Part shown: positions 1 to 9,600 of the stretch, piece by piece
Layout: every line of letters begins with the position of its first letter
Numbering within the stretch: position 1 is the first letter of the stretch
Assembly (NCBI GenBank): GCA_963713975.1
Contig: OY970218.1
Span: 1,472,001-1,536,000 of the forward strand
Reading direction: 5' to 3'
DNA from: an uncultured Chloroflexia bacterium
GTDB lineage: Bacteria > Chloroflexota > Limnocylindria > Limnocylindrales > CSP1-4
Length of the DNA stretch: 64,000 nt
The notes under the pieces: model-generated
Seen by the model: only the letters and a program-made list of their open reading frames with translations
Databases searched by the model: none
Told to the model about the DNA's origin: nothing
Program-made: the position numbers and the translations under genes

Positions 1-1149
1 GGTGCCGTCCTCGCGGGGGCGGCCGCGGTGCTCGGCACGGTCAGCTCGCCACAGCCCGGCGTACGGGAGGTGGCGTCCGCGGCGCTCGCCGTCCTGTGTC
101 TGACGCCACTGGTGGGTGTCGCCGCTGTCCGGATCAGGTACGGGTCACCCGGCAAGCGCACCTTCCACCAGCAGATCGCCGCCAACCGCGGGTCATCGGT
201 GCTGCTGGTGGCGGTGCTGTTCGAGCTGATGCTGGTCACGGGGTTCCTGGTCGGGGCCGCCGTGGGCGTCGCGTTCGGGTCCGCGCTCCTGCTGGGCCTC
301 GCCGTGGCCGGTGTCTCGGCGCTGGTCACCGCGGGCGCGACGGGGTTCGCGGTCCTGTCGGGCGACGGGATGATCCTGGACCTGGAGCACGCCACCCGGT
401 CCGGACCCCGCGAGCAGCAGCTGCGCAACGTCGTCGCCGAGCTCGCGCTGGCAGCCGGTATCCCTGCGCCCACGGTGTACGTGATCGAGAGCCCGACGCT
501 CAACGCGATGTCCGTGGGCCGGAGCACGGACCGCGCCAGCATCGCCATCACCCGTGGCCTGCTGGACCAGCTCGATCGGGAGCAGCTCCAGGGCGTCATC
601 GCCCATGAGCTGGCGCACATCGCCAACCTCGATTCGCGGCACGCCGTCCTGGTGGCCCTGCTGGTGGGGGCGATCGTGGTGTTGACCGACGTGTTCCTCC
701 ACCTGGTCATCGAGGTCGCCCGGAACCCGTGGACCGGTGACGACCTCAAGGACACGGCGGCGGCGCTGGCCCTGTGGCTGGTGGTCGTGGTCGTGGGTTT
801 TGTCGTGGGCGGGCTGCTCAAGCTCGTCGCGCCGGTTGCCGCGCTGGCGGTGCAGGCCGCCGTGAGCCGTGACCGGGAGTACCTCGCCGACGCGACCGCG
901 GTGGCGATCACCCGCAACCCGGCCGGCCTGATCGGCGCGTTGGAGCGGCTTGATGTCGGCCGCGCGCCGGTCGGCGTCCGTAATCGGGGCACCCAGCACC
1001 TGTGGATCGTGAACCCGCTGCGCGAGGCCAGTGAGGGCGGGCGCGGCTGGTTCGACACGCACCCCGCCACGTCGGATCGCATCGCGCGGCTCCGCGCGCT
1101 GTCCGGCCAGGACGTCGAGGATGCCTCGGAGGATCGGGCTACCGGCTGA
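1..1149 (+). CDS. htpX: M48/HtpX-family zinc metalloprotease (5' end probably outside the window)
   Basis: Motifs HELAH, NAMSVG, ITRGLL..L.REQLQGVIAHE, SRDREYLADA and FDTHP..SDRIARL. Frame 1 is open from base 1. Confidence 0.88.
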   Translation, partial: GAVLAGAAAVLGTVSSPQPGVREVASAALAVLCLTPLVGVAAVRIRYGSPGKRTFHQQIAANRGSSVLLVAVLFELMLVTGFLVGAAVGVAFGSALLLGLAVAGVSALVTAGATGFAVLSGDGMILDLEHATRSGPREQQLRNVVAELALAAGIPAPTVYVIESPTLNAMSVGRSTDRASIAITRGLLDQLDREQLQGVIAHELAHIANLDSRHAVLVALLVGAIVVLTDVFLHLVIEVARNPWTGDDLKDTAAALALWLVVVVVGFVVGGLLKLVAPVAALAVQAAVSRDREYLADATAVAITRNPAGLIGALERLDVGRAPVGVRNRGTQHLWIVNPLREASEGGRGWFDTHPATSDRIARLRALSGQDVEDASEDRATG

Positions 1150-1155
1150 CGCGGG

Positions 1156-2652
1156 TCATGAGCCTGCCGTGTCGTCCTTCGGCGTGGGCCGCGTCCGGCG
1201 GCCGGGCTGGCGGCCGGCCATCCAGGCCGCCCGCTCGTCGTCCGAGAGGCTCCCCCAGTCGTCCGGGGCCGAATCGGGGTCCAGTGACTCCTGCGGTGGG
1301 CGGAGGGCCTCCGGGACGTGGACCAGGTTGAGCCGCAGCCGGTACCAGGCGTACGCGCGGCCACGCATCGCGGTCTCGATCACGTCCGCCGGCTCGAGGT
1401 GGGCGGCGGCCTCCGGGTGGCGATCCTTCCAGCGCTCTAGACCCGCGTAGACCTCGGCCTTGGTGGGCGCCCGGCCCAGCTCGATCACGGGCACGCTCGA
1501 TCGGCGCCGGCCAGTGGGCGATGGCTTCGAGCCCTGCCACTCCGCGGGCAGGCCCGCGTTGGGATCGCCGGCCGCCACGGCTGCCGCCCGGGCCTCGATC
1601 ACCTCCGGTGGAGGACCGCCATCCCTGCCACGTCCCTCGTAGTCGGCATCGGGCCGCCGCTTGCGCGACGGCTGGACGCGCGGCGGCTCACCCTCCTGCT
1701 TGGCGTAGTTGGGCGGCCACGGTGCATCGCCCTCGCCCTCGGATTCGTGGCGCCTCGAGAGCTCCAGCAGGGCGTCCAGCGAGCCCACGGCGCCGTCGAT
1801 GCCCGCCCCGGCATCGCCCCGCTCCGCGTAGAGCGCGGGGACCGTGGCCAGCGTGTAGTCCTCCATCGCGCAGTCGGGCACCTCGTCCCAGCGCAGGGGG
1901 AATGACACCCGGGCATCCGGCGTCGGCCGCACCGAATAGGCGGAGGCCACCGTCCGGTCCTTGGCGTTCTGGTTGTAGTCGAGGAAGACGCCGTGGCGCT
2001 CCTCCTTCCACCACTTCGAGGTGGCGATGGATGGCGCACGGTGCTCCACGTCCCTTGCCAGCGCCAGCGCCGCCCGCCGTACCTCCGGGTACGTCCAGCG
2101 TGGCTCGATGCGCACGTTGACGTGGATCCCGCGCGAGCCGGATGTCTTCGGCCAGCCCGCAAGGCCCACGGCCTCGAGCAATTCCCGCACCACGAGCGCG
2201 ACCTCGCGCACCTGCGACCAGGGCACGCCCGGGACCGGATCGAGGTCCACCCGCAGCTCGTCGGGATGATCCAGGTCCTCCGCCCTGACCGGGTGCGGGT
2301 TGAGGTCCAGGCAGCCAAGGTTGGCGACCCACGCGAGGCCCGCCGCCTCGTCCACCACCAGCTCGTCGGCGGTGCGTCCCGAGGGGAAGGTCAGCGTGGC
2401 GACCCGCATCCACTCGGGACGGTTGTCGGGTGCCCGCTTCTGGAAGAACGGCTCCTTCTCGGCGCCGTCGACGAAGCGCTTGAGCGCCATCGGCCGACCG
2501 CGGACGCCGGCCAGCGCCCCGTCGGCCACGGCAAGGAAATAGTGGACCAGGTCCAGCTTGGTGTGCCCGGCGCGTGGGAAGTACACCTTGTCGGGGTTGC
2601 TGACCGCGACCTCGCGGCCACCTACCTGGAGGATCTCCTTCCGCGTCGCCAC
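1156..2652 (-). CDS. Stand-alone LigD-type primase-polymerase (AEP) domain protein with C-terminal extension
   Basis: Motifs SNPDKVYFP, FFQKRAP, DELRVDLDP, KTSGSRGIHV and FLDYNQNAKDRTVASAYSVR. No ligase domain. Confidence 0.9.
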   Translation of the reverse strand: MATRKEILQVGGREVAVSNPDKVYFPRAGHTKLDLVHYFLAVADGALAGVRGRPMALKRFVDGAEKEPFFQKRAPDNRPEWMRVATLTFPSGRTADELVVDEAAGLAWVANLGCLDLNPHPVRAEDLDHPDELRVDLDPVPGVPWSQVREVALVVRELLEAVGLAGWPKTSGSRGIHVNVRIEPRWTYPEVRRAALALARDVEHRAPSIATSKWWKEERHGVFLDYNQNAKDRTVASAYSVRPTPDARVSFPLRWDEVPDCAMEDYTLATVPALYAERGDAGAGIDGAVGSLDALLELSRRHESEGEGDAPWPPNYAKQEGEPPRVQPSRKRRPDADYEGRGRDGGPPPEVIEARAAAVAAGDPNAGLPAEWQGSKPSPTGRRRSSVPVIELGRAPTKAEVYAGLERWKDRHPEAAAHLEPADVIETAMRGRAYAWYRLRLNLVHVPEALRPPQESLDPDSAPDDWGSLSDDERAAWMAGRQPGRRTRPTPKDDTAGS

Positions 2653-2708
2653 CGGCCGATCCTACCCGGCGGGGGCAAGGGCCGGGCGGTCGGGTCGGGC
2701 GGCCGGCC

Positions 2709-5700
2709 TCAGGTGCGGACGATGTGGAGGCGGCCGCGGCGCTCGAAGCGGAACCCGGGCCGGTCCGCGAAGTACTCGTGCACCGCCGTGCGACAGCCGG
2801 ACCACGTGTCGTAGTCGTCGAGCACGATGCGGCCGCCCACCACGAGCCGCGGGGCGATGCGCTCCAGGCAGGTCATCGTGGACTCGTACCAGTCGCCATC
2901 GAGATGGGCGAGCGCGACCGGCTCCTCCACGATCAGCGTGTCCTGGAACAGGCCCGCGACCAGCTGCACGTTTCGCTCGTCGAGCGGGAGTCCGTGGCGT
3001 GCGAACGAGGCCGTCACCTCTCCCTCGAGATCCTCGCGGTAGCCGTAGTACGTCTCGCCACCGATGCCCTGGGACTCGCCGGCCACGATCGTCGCGTAGC
3101 GGCGGTGCACGTCTGCGTCGTCCCTGGCGCTCGGCGGCGGGATCATGCCGAACACGTCGTAGACGCGCATCGGCCGATTGGGCGCCTTCGAGGCCGCGAG
3201 CACGATCGCCGACCCGCCGCGGGCTGTCCCGGTCTCGATGACGAGCCCTTGCAGTCCGGCGGCCTCGATCTCGGCCATCGTGGCCGCGAGCGTCCGGAGG
3301 CTCACGTCGTTGAGATACGACAGGTGTTCCGAGCGCACCGCGGCGATGGTCCGCTCGACGGCCGGGGCCACCGGGTTCAACGCCGGACCCACCGGCAGCG
3401 GGCTGTCCAGCGTGCCTGGGGAGCCGGCCCCCTCGCCGGGCGGCAGGCCGGCCCGGGCCTGCAGCCGTGCGGCAACGGCCTGCCAGCGGTCACGCTCGAA
3501 GGTGAGCGCCGCGTGCCATGGCTTGGGGAAGCTCGCCCAATGGATGAGGGCCGGATCCTCGACCTCCTCGAGTGTCGGCAACGCATTCCAGCGGGGCGGC
3601 AGGACGCAGCGTGCGGGACCCGCGTAGGCGAGCATGGTGTCCTGGTCGTGGAAGCCGTACCGCTCGGCCCAGCCGAGGTAGGTGCGGGTGAAGTCGTCCT
3701 GGCGGAGCCGGTCCAGGTCCATCACCAGGACACCGGCGTTGAGCGCCGGGTGGCCGAACCCGTGGAGTGCCCCCATCCGCCTGCGAAGGTCCGTGGCCAC
3801 CGGCTCCGGGAGCGCCCGGCCGGCCCGCTGCCACTCGCTGTCCTCGCTCACGTTCGAGTCACGCGCCGCGATCGGCCGGCCGCCCAGGTCGAGCCGGAAC
3901 AGCTCCCCGATGTCGCCGAGGACCAGCGTGTCCACGTCGAGGTACACCACCCGGCGCACGTCCCCGAGCATGTGGGGCAGCAGCAGCCGGTCCATGGTGG
4001 AGACCGTGATGCGGTACGGGATCCGCAACCGTCGGCCAGGTAGCCCGTACGTGATCGGGTCGCAAGGGAGGAACGTGATCGGGAGGTCCGGGAAGGCGGC
4101 GCAGAACCATTCCTGGTAGGCATCGGAGAGGCCCCGCGCGAGGATCCACAGCCGGACGGGCATGGTGGCGTGCTCGAGGATCGACTCGACCACGACGGGC
4201 GCCTGCGATGTCAGGTTCTGGTCGAAGCACAGGACGATATCGGCCACCGCATCAGGGTCCACCGCGTCGTGGGGGCCCGAGCGTCGCGAACGCGCCCAGC
4301 TGGCCCGGACCGCCGCCTCGATGTCGGTCCCGGTTGGCGTCTCCGTCCCGCGGGCGGCGAACCGCCCCTTGGCCTCGGCGACCTTCGGCGCTGCGATCTC
4401 GCGCCACGTGGCGTAGACCTCCTCCTCGGACGCACCTGAGAGGATCCGGCCGAAGACGGCCGCGGTCAGGTCCCGGATCCCGTCCCGGAGCGACACCAGC
4501 GCCGGGTCTCCGGGTGCGAGGCCGGCGAGGCCCGCGAACCGGATGTCACCGGGATTGCGGGTGCGGAAGTCCACCGGGACGCCCAGGCTGGTCATGGGCA
4601 GGTAGGCGTGGAGCCGTCCCGTCACCGCCCGGGCAAGGGTCGCCTGGTACTCGGCGAGCCGCGCGTCCGCGGCCCGGATGCCGTCGGCCAGCGGCAGGAA
4701 CCGGTACTCGTCCGACTGGTGGGTGTACGAGCGGGTCCGCCGCGCGTCGCCGGCGGCCTTGGCCGGCTGGTCGATCACGCCGACCGTGTCGCCGCCCTTG
4801 AACGCCGAGGACCGCTCCGGGAAGAGGGCATCCACGGTCGACGTCAGGCAGCCGGTGAAGAACGCGTCGACGCCGGCGCTGAGCAGGAGGTACACCGTCG
4901 TCCAGTCGCGGCAGCCGACCGGGCCGTAGCGGCGCAGGTACTCGAGCGCCTCCTCGGACAGCATGTCCAGCCGGTTGACGTGGAACGACATGAACAGGGG
5001 CCGGATGTTGGGGTGGTACGGGAAGTCGTAGCGCAGGTCGAACAGGGGGTGCATGTGCCAGCCGAAGGCCGGCAGCCAGGTCCCCTCCGGGACGGTCCCC
5101 GCGCTGCTGAAGTCGCGGTCAACCGGCAGGAGGTGCACGGCCCCTGCGACGCCGGGCACGCGCAATGCCGGCTGCACCCGGTTGCCGAGGCCGGCAGCAA
5201 CCTCGCCCAGCCCTTCGTCGCCGGTGAAGGTCACATCGCCCAGGCGGGCGATATTGCCCAGGAGGGCAAGCGTCTGGACATAGTCGCCGAGGTTGCCGGA
5301 AGCCAGCACCGGGTCCGGCGTCCGGTAGGCGAGCAGGCCGATCGGCACCGCACCCGCCGGAACCTCGCGTGGGCTCGGCTCGAGCCAGCCCTCGATGAGC
5401 CGCCGGGCGTAGCGGCGCCGGTCGTCGACCTCGGCGGATGGACGGTCCAGGAGCTCCGCCATGGACGCCGCCGCGGCGTCGCGCTCGCCCATCGCGAGGA
5501 AGCGCCCCGCGAGGTCCACGAGCGTGGCAGGGTTCATGCGGGACTCCGGGACGCCGATCGCCAGCGCTCGAGAACGCGCCTCCGGCGATCCGTCCGCCAG
5601 CGCGCCGTCCACCGCCTCCACCGGGATCCAGTGCCGCAGGGTCGCGTCGTCGAGCCGGGAGGCGTGGATCCACGATCGCCGGAGCTGACCGCGCCGGTGG

Positions 5701-6161
5701 AGGATCACGGCATGTCCCAGTCGTGACGCGGTCTCTCCCGCCGGGAGGCTGGCGACGCCCTCGGCGAGCGACCACGCACCGTGCCAGGTCTCGATGCCGG
5801 TCAGGGTCGTCGTCGCGGCGATCATCGCCTCTTCGAGCGATCCGCCGCCGCCCACCGTCTCCGCGAATGTGGCAAGGCCGCGGTGCCGCTCCGCCTCCGC
5901 GGCGATGCCACGAGCGACATTCCTGCCCTCGGCCGCCTCTGGACCCACCGGCCGACCGGTGATCGCCGTGGCCAGCCGACCCCAGTCCGCGGCGTACCAG
6001 GACGGCTTGAGGCCGTCGGGCCGCGACGCACCGGCTGGTCGTGAGGGACCGACACCCAGCCGGACGCGTGTCGCGCGCCCCACGCGCCGCACGGCTCCTG
6101 CACGGGTGTCGCTCCGGCGGAGGTCGGCGAGTAGCCGGGCGATCGACCGCCGCCCGCTCAT
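2709..6161 (-). CDS. Multidomain protein: polysaccharide pyruvyl-transferase-like + glycosyltransferase family 8 + TylF/MycF-type O-methyltransferase
   Basis: Pyruvyl-transferase-like motifs GNLGDYVQ, VGCRD, GCLT and TGRLH..LP...LGVPV. GT8 motifs YLDVDTLV, NAGVLVMDL, HDQD and IHW...KPW. TylF motifs ETGTARGGSA, GLFQDTL, HLDGDWYEST and LDDY. Confidence 0.8.
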   Translation of the reverse strand: MSGRRSIARLLADLRRSDTRAGAVRRVGRATRVRLGVGPSRPAGASRPDGLKPSWYAADWGRLATAITGRPVGPEAAEGRNVARGIAAEAERHRGLATFAETVGGGGSLEEAMIAATTTLTGIETWHGAWSLAEGVASLPAGETASRLGHAVILHRRGQLRRSWIHASRLDDATLRHWIPVEAVDGALADGSPEARSRALAIGVPESRMNPATLVDLAGRFLAMGERDAAAASMAELLDRPSAEVDDRRRYARRLIEGWLEPSPREVPAGAVPIGLLAYRTPDPVLASGNLGDYVQTLALLGNIARLGDVTFTGDEGLGEVAAGLGNRVQPALRVPGVAGAVHLLPVDRDFSSAGTVPEGTWLPAFGWHMHPLFDLRYDFPYHPNIRPLFMSFHVNRLDMLSEEALEYLRRYGPVGCRDWTTVYLLLSAGVDAFFTGCLTSTVDALFPERSSAFKGGDTVGVIDQPAKAAGDARRTRSYTHQSDEYRFLPLADGIRAADARLAEYQATLARAVTGRLHAYLPMTSLGVPVDFRTRNPGDIRFAGLAGLAPGDPALVSLRDGIRDLTAAVFGRILSGASEEEVYATWREIAAPKVAEAKGRFAARGTETPTGTDIEAAVRASWARSRRSGPHDAVDPDAVADIVLCFDQNLTSQAPVVVESILEHATMPVRLWILARGLSDAYQEWFCAAFPDLPITFLPCDPITYGLPGRRLRIPYRITVSTMDRLLLPHMLGDVRRVVYLDVDTLVLGDIGELFRLDLGGRPIAARDSNVSEDSEWQRAGRALPEPVATDLRRRMGALHGFGHPALNAGVLVMDLDRLRQDDFTRTYLGWAERYGFHDQDTMLAYAGPARCVLPPRWNALPTLEEVEDPALIHWASFPKPWHAALTFERDRWQAVAARLQARAGLPPGEGAGSPGTLDSPLPVGPALNPVAPAVERTIAAVRSEHLSYLNDVSLRTLAATMAEIEAAGLQGLVIETGTARGGSAIVLAASKAPNRPMRVYDVFGMIPPPSARDDADVHRRYATIVAGESQGIGGETYYGYREDLEGEVTASFARHGLPLDERNVQLVAGLFQDTLIVEEPVALAHLDGDWYESTMTCLERIAPRLVVGGRIVLDDYDTWSGCRTAVHEYFADRPGFRFERRGRLHIVRT

Positions 6162-6280
6162 TGGGCTCTCGACCGCAGGTGCACTGACAACGCTCCTCTC
6201 GCCGCGGCGTCCGGCCGCCGACGAAGTGTAGCGGTGGCAGGATGGACGGGCCGGGTCGCCCGCTGCCGTACCATCCGGCC

Positions 6281-7123
6281 ATGCGCTCGCTCAGGGTTGC
6301 CCTGGTCCAGCTCGAGGCGCGGGACGACGTCGACACCAACATCGACCACGCCGTCAACCTAGCCCGGGAGGCGGCTGCCGACAGCGACCTCGTGGTCCTC
6401 CCCGAGTACATGCAGTACCGGGGCACGGCCGACGGGTGGCGCGCCTCTGCGCGCCCGATCCCGGGCCCCACGACGGACCCGTTCGCGGCGGTCGCACGGG
6501 ACGCGGGCTGCTGGATCCTGGCGGGCACGCGCGCCGAGGTGTCGGGCGACCCGCTCCGTCCCTACAACACGGCAGTCGTCATCGACCCGTCCGGGCGGAT
6601 TGCCGCCCGCTATCGCAAGGTCCACCTGTTCGACGTGGACGTGCCCGACGGACCGCGGACCCTGGAATCGTCGAAGGTCATGCCCGGGGACAAGCTGATC
6701 GCGCTGGATGTCGCGGGGACCCGCCTCGGGCTCTCGGTCTGTTACGACCTCCGGTTCCCGGAGGTGTATCGGGCGCTCGCGCTGGCCGGCGCCGAGGTGC
6801 TCGCGGTGCCCTCCGACTTCAGCGCACGGACCGGCCGTGACCATTGGGAGGTGCTGCTCCGCGCACGGGCGATCGAGAACGGTGCCTGGGTCGTGGCCGC
6901 CGGAACCTGTGGGGCGGGCGGGCCAGGGGCGATCCCCGCCTGGGGCCACTCGATGGTCGTGGATCCCTGGGGCAGGGTCGTGGCGGAGGCCGGGGACGAG
7001 GAGGCGATCATCAGGGCCGAGCTGGACCTCGACCGGGTGGCGGACGTCAGGAGGCAGATCCCCGCGCTCGCCAACGTGCGACCGGACGCGCTCCCACCCG
7101 CGCGGGACGTGCAGGTGGTGTGA
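6281..7123 (+). CDS. Carbon-nitrogen hydrolase (Nit1/deaminated glutathione amidase-like)
   Basis: Glu-Lys-Cys triad motifs LPEY, YRKVHLFDV and CYDLRFPE, plus RARAIEN and GHSMVVDPWG. Confidence 0.9.
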   Translation: MRSLRVALVQLEARDDVDTNIDHAVNLAREAAADSDLVVLPEYMQYRGTADGWRASARPIPGPTTDPFAAVARDAGCWILAGTRAEVSGDPLRPYNTAVVIDPSGRIAARYRKVHLFDVDVPDGPRTLESSKVMPGDKLIALDVAGTRLGLSVCYDLRFPEVYRALALAGAEVLAVPSDFSARTGRDHWEVLLRARAIENGAWVVAAGTCGAGGPGAIPAWGHSMVVDPWGRVVAEAGDEEAIIRAELDLDRVADVRRQIPALANVRPDALPPARDVQVV

Positions 7124-7563
7124 TGCGCTCCATGGTGATCACCGTGGCGGTGGCAACGGTCGTCGCCGCCTGTGGCTCGCAAGAGCCCGCACCGCCGGAC
7201 GGCGCCGTCCAGCGCAGCTCCGCATTCCTCGCACGTCACCAGCCGATGAGCGGCGGCCCGGCCGCGATCGTCCTCGGAACGCTCGTCGAGCGGGACGGGT
7301 GCCTGCTGATCGACGGGCCGGATGGGGTGGCGCTGGCGCTCTGGCCCCCGGATGCCTCTGCGTGGGTCATCGACGGCGTCACGACCATCGTTGACGGCCG
7401 TGGCCGACCGGCGGTCGCGGTGGGCGGCGAGGCGTCGTTCGGCGGCGGATACGACTACCCGCTCGACTGGGCCGAGGCTCAGGCCGGGCCCATCCCGGAG
7501 CACTGTCGCACGACCACGTACCTGCTCATCAACGACCTCGACCGCATCGAGGTCCAGCAGTAG
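7123..7563 (+). CDS. Hypothetical lipoprotein
   Basis: TGATG overlap with the upstream stop. Signal peptide with lipobox VAAC. Confidence 0.65.
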   Translation: MRSMVITVAVATVVAACGSQEPAPPDGAVQRSSAFLARHQPMSGGPAAIVLGTLVERDGCLLIDGPDGVALALWPPDASAWVIDGVTTIVDGRGRPAVAVGGEASFGGGYDYPLDWAEAQAGPIPEHCRTTTYLLINDLDRIEVQQ

Positions 7564-7668
7564 CGGGCAGCGGCGCCATCGACCCGGCACGCGGGCGGAA
7601 GTGTGCGCGGGCGGATGAGCGGCCCTTGTTGGGGTCGGGCGGGAGGCTTGCTCGCGAACCCGAGCCAC

Positions 7669-7735
7669 TTGCGACCTGGCCCGCGGAGGCGCACAATTGG
7701 ATCTGCACATCTACCCACGACTGAGCATTTGCTCA
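7669..7735 (+). promoter_or_regulatory. Sigma70-like promoter and SorC/DeoR-type operator
   Basis: TTGCGA(7669-7674)-17 bp-CACAAT(7692-7697). Inverted repeat TGAGCA-TT-TGCTCA (7722-7735) and a degenerate copy TGCACA-TC-TACCCA (7704-7717), just upstream of the regulator. Confidence 0.65.
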
Positions 7736-7751
7736 CGGGTCTGGTGGAACG

Positions 7752-8744
7752 ATGCCGTCGCTCGATGAACTTGGCCAGGACGAGTTCGAGCTGCTGGCCC
7801 GATTGGCCCTCGGCTACTACGAGGACGGCCTGACCCAGGTGGACCTTGCGCGCAGGTTTGGCCTCTCGAGGCCGAAGGTGCAGCGCCTGCTCGATCGGGC
7901 CAGGACCACGGGTGTCGTGGACATCCGGATCTCGACGCCGCCCTGGCTGCACGTGGACCTCGAGCGGGAGCTCCGGGAGCTGTTCGGGCTCGTGGAGGTG
8001 ATCATCGCCCCGGAACGGGCGGAGCCCCAGGCGCAGCGCGAGGCCGTGGCCCGCGGCGCCGCGCGCTACCTCGAGCGCCGACTCGACGACGGCGTCGTCG
8101 TGGCCGTGGGTCACGGCCGCGACACGGGCGAGGTGCCCCGATTCTTCGGTCCGTCACGGCGGATCGAAGCGACGTTCGTGAGCGCCATGGGCGGCTCCAG
8201 CCTCGCGGACGCGCCAACCAACCCCAACGAGATCGCACGGCGCCTTGCGGATCGCTGTCGCGGGCAGGCGGTGGGGCTCTACGCACCCGCCTACGTCGAG
8301 AGCGCCCGCATGCGTGACCAGCTGCTGCGGCAGCCCGCCGTCTCGCGGCCGCTGGGGATCGCCGCCGGCGCGGCGATCGCCCTGGTGGGCATCGGCGGCA
8401 CCGACGACGACTGCACGATGGTGCGCAGTGGGTGCGTCTCGATCGACGAGATCCGTCGCCTCCGGGAGGCGGGTGCCGTGGGCGATGTCCTGGGCAACTA
8501 CGTCGACGTCCACGGGCGGCTGCTCGAGTCGCCCGACACGGCCCGCCTCGTGGGTCTCGGGCTCGACGAGCTGCGCGCCATCGACACCGTCGTGGTCGTG
8601 GTCAGCGAGGACGAGAAGCCGTTCGCGATCCTCGGGGTCCTGCGGACCGCCATCGTCGACGTGCTCGTCCTCGACGAGGGCAACGCTCGCTTCGTCCTGG
8701 AGATGGCGCGGGGAATCACAGTGCGTCCCAGCACGGAGGTGTGA
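7752..8744 (+). CDS. SorC/DeoR/LsrR-family sugar-binding transcriptional regulator
   Basis: N-terminal HTH YYEDGLTQVDLARRFGLSRPKVQRLL..AR, and C-terminal sugar-binding domain (GIGG, GAVGDVLG). Confidence 0.92.
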   Translation: MPSLDELGQDEFELLARLALGYYEDGLTQVDLARRFGLSRPKVQRLLDRARTTGVVDIRISTPPWLHVDLERELRELFGLVEVIIAPERAEPQAQREAVARGAARYLERRLDDGVVVAVGHGRDTGEVPRFFGPSRRIEATFVSAMGGSSLADAPTNPNEIARRLADRCRGQAVGLYAPAYVESARMRDQLLRQPAVSRPLGIAAGAAIALVGIGGTDDDCTMVRSGCVSIDEIRRLREAGAVGDVLGNYVDVHGRLLESPDTARLVGLGLDELRAIDTVVVVVSEDEKPFAILGVLRTAIVDVLVLDEGNARFVLEMARGITVRPSTEV

Positions 8745-8745
8745 G

Positions 8746-9597
8746 GTGTCGGTCGTCCCGACCCAGGAGATCCTCAGGCACGCGGTCGACGAGCGGTACG
8801 GCGTCGCCGCGATCAACGTCGTCAACGACCTGACCATGGAGGCGGTCCTCGCGGCCGCGGAGGAGCTCAAGGCGCCACTGATCGTCCAGACGTCGGTCAA
8901 GCACGTCCAGCTGACCGGCGTGGACGTGATGTTCGCGATGTGGACCGAGATGACCAAGGACCTCTCGGTTCCGGTCGCGCTCCATCTCGACCATTGCCCG
9001 GACCGCGCCGTCATCTCGGCCTGCCTCGCGGCCGGCTGGAACTCGGTGCTGTTCGACGCCTCGAGCCTGACCGTCGAGGAGAACCAGCGCCAGTGCATCG
9101 AGGTCGTCGCCGAGGCGAAGCGCTATGGAGCCGCGGTTGAGGGCGAGATCGAGGGCTTCAAGCGCACGGAGGAGATGACCGGCGACGAGGCGCAGCAGGT
9201 CCAGAGCCTGCAGACGGTCGTGGACTTCATCGAGGCGACCGGCGTGGACGTCTTCGCGCCGGCCATCGGCAACGCCCACGGAACCTACAAGACGGCGCCC
9301 CACCTCGACTCCCAGCGGGTGACCGACATCGTCGAGGCCACCGGCATCCCGGTCGCGCTCCACGGCGGCACCGGGATGTCCACCGAGCAGTTCCAGGACC
9401 TGATCGGCCGGGGCTGCGCCAAGGTCAACATCTCGACGGCGCTCAAGATCGCGTTCATGCAATCGGGCTACGACTTCATGACGGAGAACCCCGGCAAGTA
9501 CGACCCACCGTCCATCTTCAAGGCCCAGCGCGCGGCCGTGAAGGACATGGCCGCCGACCACATCGGCCGGTTCGGCAGCGCCGGAAAGGCGTGGTAG
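8746..9597 (+). CDS. Class II fructose/tagatose-bisphosphate aldolase
   Basis: Motifs ALHLDHC, SVLFDAS, AIGNAHG, ALHGGTG and KVNIST. Start taken as GTG 8746. Confidence 0.92.
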   Translation: MSVVPTQEILRHAVDERYGVAAINVVNDLTMEAVLAAAEELKAPLIVQTSVKHVQLTGVDVMFAMWTEMTKDLSVPVALHLDHCPDRAVISACLAAGWNSVLFDASSLTVEENQRQCIEVVAEAKRYGAAVEGEIEGFKRTEEMTGDEAQQVQSLQTVVDFIEATGVDVFAPAIGNAHGTYKTAPHLDSQRVTDIVEATGIPVALHGGTGMSTEQFQDLIGRGCAKVNISTALKIAFMQSGYDFMTENPGKYDPPSIFKAQRAAVKDMAADHIGRFGSAGKAW

Positions 9598-9600
9598 GCC

